DNA of 64,000 nt from Desulfuromonadales bacterium (GCA_013619105.1 JABXKU010000001.1:26996-90995); one strand, 5' to 3'; counted from the stretch's first letter, positions 43,109 through 53,045 are shown. Translations and numbers: made by a program. The notes: generated by a model from the letters alone, not told the origin.

Positions 43109-43867
43109 ATGTCACTGAACATACAGAATGCCTTAGTTAAGAAGCTTGCTAGGACTTTCGGTGAATTCCGTATTGCCGATGTTCGTATCGGTCTGGGTTA
43201 TTCGGCTGTTCGTTTGGATAGCGGTCATACAGGTTTAGCCTGGACGCCGCCGCCAGTAAGTGGTGGTTGTTCTCACCTTAAGATGGCCGGCACCTTAACC
43301 GGTCGTCCCGCCGTAGAACTGTTGCAAATGCTGGCTAAGGAGCAACCGCTGTTGCGGACTATCGGTCTGGCTACAGCCAATGCTTTGTTAGCCTGTTTGC
43401 CGCAACCGTCCACAAGCAAGGAAGAGGTGGTCGCCGGGTTGCAGATCACAGCTGCGGATCATGTCGCCATGGTCGGCTATTTCGGTCCGCTGGTAAAAAG
43501 ACTGCAAGAGAGCGGCTGTCAGCTCGATATCATCGAACTGGACAGTTCTCGTCCCGGTGTGTTGTCGCCCCAGCAGGGCCGTTCTGTCCTGGCTGGCTGT
43601 AGCGTGGCTATACTTACTGGTACTAGCCTGGTAACTGGGACCATCGATGAATTACTTGGTGATTTGGGGCATCCTCGCGAGGTGGTGTTGTTGGGCCCCT
43701 CGGCCCCCTTTTGCGCTAAAGTCTTTGCTGGTACGCCCTTAACCCGCATTGCCGGGGCCCGAGTGCTCGATGGGGAGGGAGTGCTGAAAGTTGTTTCCGA
43801 GGGGGGAGGCACGCCACTGTTTAAACCCTATGTCTCTTTTGAGACTTTGCTATTGGGACCCAGCTAA
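43109..43867 (+). CDS. DUF4213/DUF364 family protein (putative metal-chelation, Rossmann-like)
   Basis: The N-terminus I.DVRIGLGYSAVRLDSGHTGLAW and a C-terminal Rossmann-like half (VAMVGYFGPL..) are present. Assignment is from the recalled family signature. Confidence 0.65.
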   Translation: MSLNIQNALVKKLARTFGEFRIADVRIGLGYSAVRLDSGHTGLAWTPPPVSGGCSHLKMAGTLTGRPAVELLQMLAKEQPLLRTIGLATANALLACLPQPSTSKEEVVAGLQITAADHVAMVGYFGPLVKRLQESGCQLDIIELDSSRPGVLSPQQGRSVLAGCSVAILTGTSLVTGTIDELLGDLGHPREVVLLGPSAPFCAKVFAGTPLTRIAGARVLDGEGVLKVVSEGGGTPLFKPYVSFETLLLGPS

Positions 43868-43883
43868 CCATGTAACCATCAAA

Positions 43884-43923
43884 AGAGGCCGAACGGAATC
43901 ATTTCCGCCCGGCCTCTGTTTTT
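43884..43923. terminator. bidirectional terminator between the DUF364 gene and the ferritin gene
   Basis: AGAGGCCG..CGGAA tcat TTCCG..CGGCCTCT (43884-43917) is flanked by AAAA upstream and GTTTTT downstream. Confidence 0.7.
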
Positions 43924-43947
43924 GTTGCAAGAACCCGCGTCAGAAAA

Positions 43948-44472
43948 TCAAACGCCGGTGATATTCATCCCTGTCGGTACCGCAAAGGCCCGCTGGCCAA
44001 GTTCCTTGTCCATCATCATCAGTCCGCGGCCGTCACCTTCGAGTCTTTTAAGATTCTTCAGTTGTAGCCCGAAGGTGGCTTCTTCTTCCACCTGTTCGGT
44101 GACAAACCACTGTAGAAAAATTTCTGTGGCATGATTGTTTTCGTTTTTGGCCTGGGTCATCAGATTGCTGATGCTGGCGGTCACGAACTGTTCGTGTTTG
44201 AGGGAATACTCAAATACGTCCAACGGTGAGTCGTAATCGGCCTGTGGTCCGTCGATGGGTAGGAGCACGGCGCGGCCGCCGGCTTCACAAATATAGTTAA
44301 AAAACTTCTCGCCGTGGCAAAGTTCTTCAAGGGCTTGCAATTTCATCCAGTGGGCAAAGCCGGGCAGATCTTCGGCTTCAAAATAGGCCGCCATGGCCTT
44401 GTAGAGATAGCCGGAAAAAAACTCATTTTTCATCTGTTCGTTCAATGCGTCCACCAATGGTTGGCTGAGCAT
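43948..44472 (-). CDS. ftn: non-haem bacterial ferritin
   Basis: The ferroxidase-centre pattern (NEQMKNEFFSGYLY, ..EELCHGEKF.., ..QWFVTEQVEEE) is present. The ATG at 44472 has AAGGAG 8 nt upstream. Confidence 0.85.
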   Translation of the reverse strand: MLSQPLVDALNEQMKNEFFSGYLYKAMAAYFEAEDLPGFAHWMKLQALEELCHGEKFFNYICEAGGRAVLLPIDGPQADYDSPLDVFEYSLKHEQFVTASISNLMTQAKNENNHATEIFLQWFVTEQVEEEATFGLQLKNLKRLEGDGRGLMMMDKELGQRAFAVPTGMNITGV

Positions 44473-44499
44473 GGCATTTTCTCCTTTGAGGGGATGAGT

Positions 44500-44516
44500 T
44501 GACAACGTGTTTGTCA
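44500..44516. promoter_or_regulatory. inverted repeat TGACAA-N5-TTGTCA upstream of the ferritin gene (candidate operator)
   Basis: Read directly, 28-44 nt upstream of the ferritin ATG. A third ATGACAA copy lies near 44557. Confidence 0.25.
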
Positions 44517-44708
44517 TTTTAAACTCGATCTTACCCCATTTTATCTATATTTAACAAATGACAAGAAATTTTAACGCATTATCTAGCTGTTTCGGTAAGA
44601 GATTTACCGGCGGGGTAAGCTTCTTGCTTTTCTACGTGGATTAACCTGTTATTGTTGAATAAAAGAGATTACGAACAGCAGACGGGAGCTTTTCAGGGGA
44701 GGGCAGTT

Positions 44709-45341
44709 ATGATGACAACGCGATCGGTCAAGGAGCAACTCGGGCTGTTTAGTGGGGTGGTGAAGAATTTGATTGTTATGGTTGAAAAGGCGAGTAGTGG
44801 GTTCAATCGCCAGCGAATTGCCGACTTGGAAGAGATGCTTCAGTTTCAGAAAATTGTCAACGACGAGATTGTCCTGCTGTCAGAACGTCTGGATGAACAG
44901 TTGTTAAAGGAGCAAGGGCCTGGTCGCGATTTTAGTTTGAAGCTAGAGAGTGTGCTGGCTCATGTCCAGTTGATGGCCGAGGATATCGGCGAAATGATGC
45001 CGGTCCTTCGCAAGCAGATTCAGCTGGGCATCCCCTTCTCGCAAAGGGGAGTCGCTCAGACTAATGAACTTTTTGACGGCCAGCTCGAGATGCTGCGGGT
45101 ACTGGCGGATATTCTGCAAACGGATAACGAAGTGTTAAAAACATTTTTGCGCCAGGAGAAAGGTCCTAGCCTCTGCCAACAGTGCATCGACTTTGCCACC
45201 GACCATGAAGACCGACTGGTCGAAGGTCTCTGCCTGCCCCACGCCGCTCCTCTCTTTCTTACCATGCTTGATGCCGTGCGAAACATGGCTCGACACGGCA
45301 TGGAGGTAGCCCATCTGCTTATGTTGGAACAGAGGAGTTGA
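44709..45341 (+). CDS. hypothetical helical protein (possibly PhoU-like fold)
   Basis: 210-aa ORF with GGGGAGGG as RBS. It is helix-rich and I recognise no firm family. Confidence 0.45.
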   Translation: MMTTRSVKEQLGLFSGVVKNLIVMVEKASSGFNRQRIADLEEMLQFQKIVNDEIVLLSERLDEQLLKEQGPGRDFSLKLESVLAHVQLMAEDIGEMMPVLRKQIQLGIPFSQRGVAQTNELFDGQLEMLRVLADILQTDNEVLKTFLRQEKGPSLCQQCIDFATDHEDRLVEGLCLPHAAPLFLTMLDAVRNMARHGMEVAHLLMLEQRS

Positions 45342-45350
45342 GGCCCAGCG

Positions 45351-46244
45351 CTATTTCACGGGGGCTGTTGCCCGGGGAATTAGTACGATCTGAATCCGTC
45401 GGTTCTGGGCACGGCCGGTTGCGGTGTCGTTACTGGCAATGGGTTGATAGGGACCGTAGCCGCAGATAGATAGACGGGCGCCGGGGATGCCCTTGCGTTT
45501 TTGCAGAAAGTGCACCACGTTGGTCGCGCGGGCTGTAGAGAGCTCCCAGTTGCTGGCAAAGGTCTGCTGCAAGCGGGGACTGATGGAGATGTTGTCGGTG
45601 TGACCTTCGACTCGGATTTCTTTGTCGGTGACCTCTTTGAGGATGTCACCGACTCGCTGTAAAATCTGTGCCCCTGAGGTTTTAAGGTCGGCATGGCCCG
45701 AATCAAATAAAAGTTTTTCTACAAGGTTGACGGTCAGCTGGCCCTGTAAATCTGAGATGGTTATTTCGCCTCGCTCAATCTCATCTTCCATTTTTTCCAC
45801 CAGCTGGTCATAGGTTGTTTTCATTGCTGCAATGCGGGCCTGACGGGCCAGCTGTTCTTTTTCTAGTTGCGCAGTCAAGTCTCGTTTTAACTCTTCTAAG
45901 CCATCGATTGTCTGTCGCATTTCACTCATGGCAGCCCCGGTGGAAGCGCTGCGTTCCGAGAGAACCTTTTCCAGGCGTTCTATGTCTGTGGTTGCGCGCA
46001 ATTGATCCTGGCGTAGGTTGTTAATGGCATTGTTGGCTTCCTCCAGTTGCAGGCCGCGCTGGTCATACCGCTGAGCTAACTGCTGTTGCTGGTCTAACAG
46101 TTGGCTGTAGTCGCGTTTCAATTCGGTTCGAGCGGTGGCAAGGTGAACAGCTTCATCGCTTTTGCGCTGATAATCGGCTTTGCTGACACAACCGGCCAAC
46201 AGAACAACCAAGAGCAGGAGGTAGATAGAATGGGAACGCAGCAC
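45351..46244 (-). CDS. OmpA/MotB-domain lipoprotein with a long coiled-coil
   Basis: It has a LLAGC lipobox and a Q/E/L-rich coiled-coil. The C-terminal OmpA motif is VEGHTDN...NWELSTARA...RRIQIVL. Confidence 0.85.
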   Translation of the reverse strand: MLRSHSIYLLLLVVLLAGCVSKADYQRKSDEAVHLATARTELKRDYSQLLDQQQQLAQRYDQRGLQLEEANNAINNLRQDQLRATTDIERLEKVLSERSASTGAAMSEMRQTIDGLEELKRDLTAQLEKEQLARQARIAAMKTTYDQLVEKMEDEIERGEITISDLQGQLTVNLVEKLLFDSGHADLKTSGAQILQRVGDILKEVTDKEIRVEGHTDNISISPRLQQTFASNWELSTARATNVVHFLQKRKGIPGARLSICGYGPYQPIASNDTATGRAQNRRIQIVLIPRATAPVK

Positions 46245-46435
46245 GGCATGCTCCTTTATGAGGAAAAGGGTCTAGGGGGGAAATGCTAACTATCTTCAAA
46301 GCAATCCTAATTTTGTAACACTCTAGATAAAATTGCAAAGGCAAAGTAGGCTGTGTTTACCAGGCTTTTCGGTTGCGGCTGGCCAACCTGACATGTTATA
46401 AATAAGCGTTTTAAAATCACACTCTGGAGTTTTGA

Positions 46436-47260
46436 ATGTTTGAAATAGATCGCATTATACAGAACGCGTTGCAGGAAGATATCGGCCTCGGAGACGTTAC
46501 TACCCTGGCGACCATCGAGCCGGGCACCATCAGTCGGGCCGAGTTTGTGGCCAAAGAGGATTTCGTGATGTCCGGCATTGATGTGGCGGCCCGGGTCTTT
46601 GCCCTGCTTGGTAAGCAGGTGGCTTTCGAAAAGTTGCGTGAAGACGGTTTTGCCGTGCAGCGTGGCGAGGTGTTGGCCTGGCTAAAGGGCGACGCTCAGG
46701 TACTTCTGCAGGGGGAACGAGTGGCTCTGAACCTGATGCAGCGCATGAGTGGTATCACCACCCATACGGCACAGTTTGTCAAGGAGTTAGAGGGGACCGA
46801 CGCAGCGGTGGTCGATACCCGTAAGACGACCCCAGGGCTTCGTTGCCTTGAAAAGTACGCGGTTCGCACGGGCGGCGGACGTAATCATCGCACCTCCCTC
46901 TATGACGGGGTGTTGATCAAAGAAAATCACATTGCTGCGGCTGGGGATATCGCTACGGCCGTTAAGCGGTCCCGGCAACGGGCCCCTCATACCCTGCGAG
47001 TCGAGGTGGAAACCACTAGTTTAGCCGAGGTCGAATTGGCATTGGCGGCTGGAGCAGACATCATTATGCTCGACAATATGGACCTGGCCACCATGCGCGA
47101 GGCTGTGCTGTTGATCGATAAGCGGGCGTTGACCGAGGCTTCCGGTGGAGTTACCCTAAAAACGGTGCGGGCTATTGCTGAAACCGGGGTGGACTATATC
47201 TCCGTCGGCGCCTTGACTCATTCCAGTCGAGCCGTCGATATTTCTATGTTGTTTCAATGA
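46436..47260 (+). CDS. nadC: nicotinate-nucleotide pyrophosphorylase (quinolinate phosphoribosyltransferase)
   Basis: QEDIG.GDVTT, ERVALNLMQRMSGI, DTRKTTPGLR, KENHI and MLDNM are present. Confidence 0.93.
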   Translation: MFEIDRIIQNALQEDIGLGDVTTLATIEPGTISRAEFVAKEDFVMSGIDVAARVFALLGKQVAFEKLREDGFAVQRGEVLAWLKGDAQVLLQGERVALNLMQRMSGITTHTAQFVKELEGTDAAVVDTRKTTPGLRCLEKYAVRTGGGRNHRTSLYDGVLIKENHIAAAGDIATAVKRSRQRAPHTLRVEVETTSLAEVELALAAGADIIMLDNMDLATMREAVLLIDKRALTEASGGVTLKTVRAIAETGVDYISVGALTHSSRAVDISMLFQ

Positions 47261-47279
47261 TGGAGCACCCTTGGGGTCT

Positions 47280-48272
47280 ATGAACCAACAGAGCCGCCAG
47301 GACCAGATTCTGATGTTGTTTCGTCAGCAGCCCGATGCTTTTGTGTCCGGCGCCGAGATGAGTCGTGCCTTGGGAGTTTCCCGCACTGCAGTGTGGAAGA
47401 ATATTGAGCAACTGAGAACCTTGGGTTATCAAATTGAGGCGGTTACAGCTCGCGGTTATCGGCTGCGCACATCCCCAGATCTGTTGCTTCCGGCCGAACT
47501 CCAGGATGGCCTGATGACGGAAGTTGTCGGCCAGGATATCGTTTATTTCGCCGATACTGATTCGACCAACGACCGGGCCCATGCTCTGGCCAAGGACGGT
47601 GCCGTAGAAGGCACCGTTGTTATCGCTGAAGCTCAGCAGGCCGGCAAGGGGCGCCTCGGAAGGCGCTGGGCGTCTCCTGCCGGGGTCAATCTTTATGCGT
47701 CGATTATTCTGCGGCCTCCCATCGCTCCCCGACATGCTCCGCAACTGACCTTTTTGTCGGCGGCGGCTGTGGCTTGGACCATTGCTGAGATTACCGGCCG
47801 GACGCCGACAGTCAAATGGCCCAACGATGTGCTGCTCGACGGGTGCAAGGTGGCTGGCCTGCTCAATGAACTCGATGCCGAAACGGAACGAATTCATTAC
47901 TTGATTCTCGGGGTCGGGGTAAATATCAACATGCAGGCCGAACAATTTCCCGACGACCTGCGCTATCCGGCTTCCTCTTTGGCTATGGCCAGCGGTGGCG
48001 AGGTGTCACGGCTGCGCTTTACCCGCACCCTGTTGGAACAGCTCGACCGCCTGTATAGTCAGTATCAGCGGGAAGGTTTTGAGCCGATTATGCAGGCATG
48101 GCAGGAGTATTTTGTCTTGACTGGTCAGCAGGTCGAAGTCGATTGTCAGGGCCGTCTATTGCGTGGTCAGGTCGTCGGCCTCGATGAAGATGGTGCTTTG
48201 CTGTTAAAGTTGGCTGACGGCCGTCAGGAACGGGTGTTGGCCGGGGATGTGCGGCCCCTTACCGGTCAGTAA
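47280..48272 (+). CDS. birA: bifunctional biotin-protein ligase / biotin operon repressor
   Basis: An N-terminal wHTH (GVSRTAVWKNIEQLRTLGY) is followed by the ligase motifs GKGRLGRRW and KWPND. An alternative TTG start lies at 47271. Confidence 0.9.
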   Translation: MNQQSRQDQILMLFRQQPDAFVSGAEMSRALGVSRTAVWKNIEQLRTLGYQIEAVTARGYRLRTSPDLLLPAELQDGLMTEVVGQDIVYFADTDSTNDRAHALAKDGAVEGTVVIAEAQQAGKGRLGRRWASPAGVNLYASIILRPPIAPRHAPQLTFLSAAAVAWTIAEITGRTPTVKWPNDVLLDGCKVAGLLNELDAETERIHYLILGVGVNINMQAEQFPDDLRYPASSLAMASGGEVSRLRFTRTLLEQLDRLYSQYQREGFEPIMQAWQEYFVLTGQQVEVDCQGRLLRGQVVGLDEDGALLLKLADGRQERVLAGDVRPLTGQ

Positions 48273-48306
48273 TCAATAAAATTTTTCAGGAAAGACCATT
48301 CACTCT

Positions 48307-49074
48307 ATGTTGCTGGTTATCGATGTAGGCAATACCAATACCGTGCTTGGCCTCTATCAGGGCGAGGATCTGGTGCAGAACTGGCGCATCACCACCGACA
48401 AAACCAGGACAGTGGATGAGTATGCGATGCTTATTCATGAGTTGCTGCGTTTGGGTGATATTCCTATGTTGGCCATTGAAGATGTCATTATTTCTAGCGT
48501 TGTGCCACCGACCAAGGACGCTTTGGAAGGATTATGCCGCAAATATTTCAAGCGTGCGCCCTATCTGGTCGGGCCGGGGATCAAGACCGGCATGCCGATA
48601 AATTACGACAACCCTCGAGAGGTGGGTGCCGACCGCATCGTCAATGCTGTCGGAGCTTATGAAAAGCGACGTTGCAGTCTGATTATCGTCGACTTCGGCA
48701 CCGCCACCACCTTCGATCTGGTCTCGGCGCGGGGTGAGTACCAGGGTGGGGCCATCGCTCCTGGCCTAAATATTTCTGCCGAGGCCCTATTTCAACAAGC
48801 CAGCAAGCTGCCACGGGTCGAATTTGTTCGTCCCCCTCAGGTGATCGCCAAAAATACCGTTAACAGTATTCAGGCTGGTTTGTTTTTCGGTTATGTTGGT
48901 CTGGTGGATGGCATCGTCGGACGCATGTGCCAGGAGACAAGGGAAACCCCTTTGGTTGTCGCCACGGGCGGTCTGGCCAAGGCCATTGCTCCTGCTTCCC
49001 AGACCATTCAGGAAGTGGAACCTTTTTTGACATTGGAGGGATTGCGAATCCTTTATTTGCGTAACAAAACCTAA
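48307..49074 (+). CDS. coaX: type III pantothenate kinase
   Basis: [16 protein letters not shown] and DFGTATT are present. Confidence 0.92.
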   Translation: MLLVIDVGNTNTVLGLYQGEDLVQNWRITTDKTRTVDEYAMLIHELLRLGDIPMLAIEDVIISSVVPPTKDALEGLCRKYFKRAPYLVGPGIKTGMPINYDNPREVGADRIVNAVGAYEKRRCSLIIVDFGTATTFDLVSARGEYQGGAIAPGLNISAEALFQQASKLPRVEFVRPPQVIAKNTVNSIQAGLFFGYVGLVDGIVGRMCQETRETPLVVATGGLAKAIAPASQTIQEVEPFLTLEGLRILYLRNKT

Positions 49075-49255
49075 TCCGAAGCGGCGACTTTATTGGTCGT
49101 TTCGAATTGCACTTGATTCTCCTCATAACCATCCAGCAGTTTATTGCTGCTCTGTGGATAGAACGCGGTCGGCAGGCCGCATCTTGAAATTCGTTGTTTC
49201 CTGCAAAACGATCCTTAATCGAGTTCCTTTAACCGGGAAAAGGAAGGGAGAGACC

Positions 49256-51334
49256 ATGGGAAAGTACGACACGGCAACAGTGAGGAATTTTGGGGTTATT
49301 GCACATGGCGGAGCGGGTAAGACCTCTCTGGTCGAGGCGATCCTGTTTAACAGCGGGGCCACTGATCGACTGGGGCGGGTCGATGACGGCTCTTCTTGCA
49401 TGGATTATGAACCCGAGGAGATTAAGCGCAACATCACGATTGGCGCTGCAGTTGCCCATTGCGAGTGGCAGGGGCATCAACTGCAGATCGTCGACACACC
49501 TGGTTATGCCAACTTCCTTCATGACACTCGTAACTGTCTGCGTGCCGTAGATGGTGCAGTGTTGCTGGTTTCTGCCATCTCCGGGGTAAAGGCGCAAACA
49601 CAAAAGATCTTGGACTGGTGTCATGAATTCGGTGTACCAACTATTGCCTTCGTCAATAAGATGGATCGCGAACGAGGCGATTTTGATAGAGCAATATCGA
49701 GTATGGCCGACTCCCTTGATACTCCCGCTGTGGTAGTTACCCTACCCATCGGCGCTGAAGATGATTTCCGCGGGGTTATCGACCTGGTGACCATGAAGGC
49801 GCATCTTTTCAAGGACGACGGCAGCGGCGGCAGTGAGATAGCGGACATTCCTGGCGAACTGCTGGACGAGGCCGAAACCCAGCGGATAATGCTGATGGAG
49901 GCCGTTGCCGAAACCGAAGATGACTTGATGGAGAAGTATCTGGAAGAGGAGACCCTGACTGAGGTTGAGCTTCTTCAGGGGCTGCGGATCGGTACCTTGG
50001 CCGGGGACTTTATTCCGGTATTGGCCGGCAGTGCGGCCCGCAATGCCGGAGTCAGCGAACTCACCGATTACGTCAACCTCTGTCTACCGTCACCCACTGA
50101 TCGCGGTAGCCAGACCGGTACTAATCCCAAAAGCGAAGAGATCGAAGAGCGTCTACCGACTGAAGATCAGCCCTTCTCCGCCCTGGTGTTCAAGACCATC
50201 AGCGACCCCTACACCGGTAAGCTAACCTTATTCCGGGTCTACTCAGGCTCTCTCAAATCTGACAGCAACTTCTACAATGCCAATAAGGATGCGGTTGAGC
50301 GGGTGGGCCAGATTTTCATGCTCAACGGTAAACGGCAATCGCCGGTGCAGACCGCTTCGCCTGGGGATATTGTGGCGGTGGCCAAACTCAAGGAAACCGC
50401 CACCGGCGATACCCTGTGCGACGGTGCCAATCCTATTTGTTACGACTACCCTGAGCCGATCCAACCGGTTATTTCATTTGCCCTAGAAGCGGCTAGCAAG
50501 AGCGATGAAGACAAGATTAACAGCGCGTTGCACAAACTGGTCGAAGAGGATACTACCCTGCAGGTAAGGCGTGACGAGGAAACCAAAGAGTTGGTGCTGT
50601 CGGGCATGGGGCAGGTTCATGTCGAGGTTACTGCCGAGAAGTTAAAGCGTAAATTTAATGTTGAGGTGTTGCTCAAGGTGCCGAAGGTACCTTATCGTGA
50701 AACCTTACGTGGCAAGGCCCAACTGCAGAGTAAATATAAAAAACAGTCGGGGGGCCGCGGTCAGTATGCCGATGTCTGGCTAGAAATGGAACCGCTGCCC
50801 CGGGGGTCCGGTTTCGAATTTGTCGATAAAATAGTCGGCGGATCGGTGCCTCGTCAATATATCCCAGCGGTTGAAAAAGGTATTGCCGAAGCGGCGCAAA
50901 AGGGGGTTTTATCTGGATTTCCGACTGTCGATTTCAGGGCGACCCTGTACGATGGTTCTTACCATTCCGTCGACTCTTCTGAGATGGCCTTCAAAATTGC
51001 CGGATCAATGGGATTCAAAAAAGGTGTAGAGCAGGCCAAGCCTGTTTTGCTCGAACCGGTGATGCAGATGGAGATCACCGTTCCGGACGATTGTGTCGGT
51101 GATGTGATCGGTGACATGAATTCTCGGCGCGGCAAGGTGCTGGGGATGGAGCCTAAGACGGGTAATCAGGCGATTGCGGCGCAGGTTCCTCTAAGCGAGG
51201 TACTCCAATATGCGCCTGAGCTTCGTTCGATGACTTCCGATCGTGGCATGTTCACCATGGGATTCTCCCATTACCAAGAGGTGCCAGCGCAAAATATGCA
51301 AAAATTACTGGCTGAACTCAATCGTGAAGACTAA
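49256..51334 (+). CDS. elongation factor G paralogue (EF-G2-like)
   Basis: G1 is AHGGAGKTS, G3 is DTPGYANF and G4 is NKMDR, and domains II-V are present. AAGGAAGGGAG is the RBS. The ORF track starts at 49154. Confidence 0.88.
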   Translation: MGKYDTATVRNFGVIAHGGAGKTSLVEAILFNSGATDRLGRVDDGSSCMDYEPEEIKRNITIGAAVAHCEWQGHQLQIVDTPGYANFLHDTRNCLRAVDGAVLLVSAISGVKAQTQKILDWCHEFGVPTIAFVNKMDRERGDFDRAISSMADSLDTPAVVVTLPIGAEDDFRGVIDLVTMKAHLFKDDGSGGSEIADIPGELLDEAETQRIMLMEAVAETEDDLMEKYLEEETLTEVELLQGLRIGTLAGDFIPVLAGSAARNAGVSELTDYVNLCLPSPTDRGSQTGTNPKSEEIEERLPTEDQPFSALVFKTISDPYTGKLTLFRVYSGSLKSDSNFYNANKDAVERVGQIFMLNGKRQSPVQTASPGDIVAVAKLKETATGDTLCDGANPICYDYPEPIQPVISFALEAASKSDEDKINSALHKLVEEDTTLQVRRDEETKELVLSGMGQVHVEVTAEKLKRKFNVEVLLKVPKVPYRETLRGKAQLQSKYKKQSGGRGQYADVWLEMEPLPRGSGFEFVDKIVGGSVPRQYIPAVEKGIAEAAQKGVLSGFPTVDFRATLYDGSYHSVDSSEMAFKIAGSMGFKKGVEQAKPVLLEPVMQMEITVPDDCVGDVIGDMNSRRGKVLGMEPKTGNQAIAAQVPLSEVLQYAPELRSMTSDRGMFTMGFSHYQEVPAQNMQKLLAELNRED

Positions 51335-51375
51335 TGTCGCTTGAAGAGTCAACCTTCTGTTGAAGGTGCGATTTT

Positions 51376-51410
51376 GCGTCCTTCGGTGCTGCCGCCGAAG
51401 GACGCTTTTG
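51376..51410 (+). terminator. intrinsic terminator after the EF-G paralogue
   Basis: GCGTCCTTCGG (51376-51386) pairs with CCGAAGGACGC (51395-51405), followed by TTTT. Confidence 0.75.
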
Positions 51411-51565
51411 TCTGCAGTTGGGGTACTTCCCTTTGGGGTAGCAGGGGCTAATTTGTACAAAGGTGTCTTGACTGCTGAGGGAGAACAGCCGACAATACAG
51501 GGCTGCTGTCGCCAGCGATTATCGGTGCTGGTATAAGAGGTTTTAGCAACCCACGGAAGAGAGCC

Positions 51566-52543
51566 ATGAAAGATCTGACCACCGACCGAAAACTTAAAGT
51601 ATCCTCGCGCGTCGCCCAATTGATCGGTCCGGACATTTCCCTTGAGGAACAGCGAGAGGTGGCCGGCGGTCAGTTGCAACTCTGTAATAGCGATGAACTT
51701 CTGGCCTTGTTTCTGCTGGCCCATCGCGGTGCGGTAGAGGTGCGCGATCTGGCCATTGACACTCTTAAGAGCATTGCGCCTTATCGGTTAGTTCCGTTGC
51801 TCTGCGATGCTGAACTTCATCCCCAAGTTCTTGATTTTATAGCCAAACAACGTTCCGATGATGCCTCGGTATTGGTGCTGTTGCTTGATAACTCGGGGTT
51901 GGCCCGGCAGACTTTGTTGTCCGTAGCCAGCCATTCTAGTATCGATGTCGTCAGTTTTCTGGTCGACCGCTATGCCCGTTGTGGGGTCGAGGGTTTGCGT
52001 GAAGCCCTTGAAGTCAATCCCGTTGCCGATGGCCACTGGCTGGCCCGTTTTGACGATCTGGCGTCCCGGGCTGCAGATCAGGCTGAGCAGGAGGCGGATG
52101 ACTGGGACGAGGAGACCGAGGAGGAAGGCCATTCCGTTTATCAGCAAATCATGCAAATGGGAGTTGCGGAAAAGGTCAAAGCGGCCCTCACCGGAGATAA
52201 GGAATGGCGTAAATTGCTTATTCGAGAAAGTAACAAACTGGTCTGCTCAGGGGTGTTGAAAAACCCCCGTGTCAGCGACGGGGAGGTGCTGGCGGTGGTT
52301 AATAACAAAAGCAGTAATGAGGAGTTGATTCGGCTTGTTACCATGAATCGGGAGTGGATGAAGAACTATGCCATCAAACAGGCTCTGGTTGTTCATCCTC
52401 GTACTCCACCGGCGCTGGCGCTACGCTATATGAATATACTATCCGAGCGGGATCTTAAAACCCTCAGCAAAAGTCGTGATATTGCTCAGGTGATCGCTAA
52501 TAGTGCTCGGCGAATGCTTAATGCCAAATCGAAGCAACGATAA
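51566..52543 (+). CDS. hypothetical helical-repeat protein (LRV/HEAT-like), acidic linker
   Basis: 325-aa ORF with repeated ..NPR[VT]..[EP]vL.. type helices in the C-terminal half and an EQEADDWDEETEEEG linker. I recognise no family. Confidence 0.5.
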   Translation: MKDLTTDRKLKVSSRVAQLIGPDISLEEQREVAGGQLQLCNSDELLALFLLAHRGAVEVRDLAIDTLKSIAPYRLVPLLCDAELHPQVLDFIAKQRSDDASVLVLLLDNSGLARQTLLSVASHSSIDVVSFLVDRYARCGVEGLREALEVNPVADGHWLARFDDLASRAADQAEQEADDWDEETEEEGHSVYQQIMQMGVAEKVKAALTGDKEWRKLLIRESNKLVCSGVLKNPRVSDGEVLAVVNNKSSNEELIRLVTMNREWMKNYAIKQALVVHPRTPPALALRYMNILSERDLKTLSKSRDIAQVIANSARRMLNAKSKQR

Positions 52544-52586
52544 ATTCGTCGATTACACCCTTTTTAGGTTTTTTAGGAGAAATTGT

Positions 52587-53045
52587 ATGATAAAAGGAAA
52601 AATTATTGCCGTTTGTACGAGCCTGGCCAAGGGGGGCCGTAAAAAGGATGCCGGACAGGGTGTGCTGGTGGACGATTTTGGCTTGCAAGGTGACGGACAC
52701 GGCGGTGACGGCCATCGCCAGATCAGTCTTCTGGCCAATGAGAGTGTCGCCAAGATGCTCGCTAAGGGGCTTGATGTTGGTCCCGGGGATTTTGCCGAAA
52801 ATTTTACCACCGAAGGTCTTGATCTTTGTTCTTTGCCCATCGGCAGCCGGTTAAAGATGGGCAGCGAAGCAGTGTTGGAAATCACCCAGATCGGTAAGGT
52901 CTGCCATGAACGCTGTCAGATCTATTATCAGGCTGGGGACTGTGTCATGCCCCGCGAAGGTGTCTTTGCTCGGGTGTTGCACGGCGGCCCGGTAGCTAAT
53001 GGCGATGTTATAGAATTGCTTGATGGCGACTGGGAGGTTCTGTGA
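52587..53045 (+). CDS. MOSC-domain protein
   Basis: 152 aa with a MOSC beta-barrel pattern (..GDGHGG..RQISLL..GDFAENF.T.G.D...L.IG). TAGGAG lies upstream of the ATG at 52587. Confidence 0.75.
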   Translation: MIKGKIIAVCTSLAKGGRKKDAGQGVLVDDFGLQGDGHGGDGHRQISLLANESVAKMLAKGLDVGPGDFAENFTTEGLDLCSLPIGSRLKMGSEAVLEITQIGKVCHERCQIYYQAGDCVMPREGVFARVLHGGPVANGDVIELLDGDWEVL

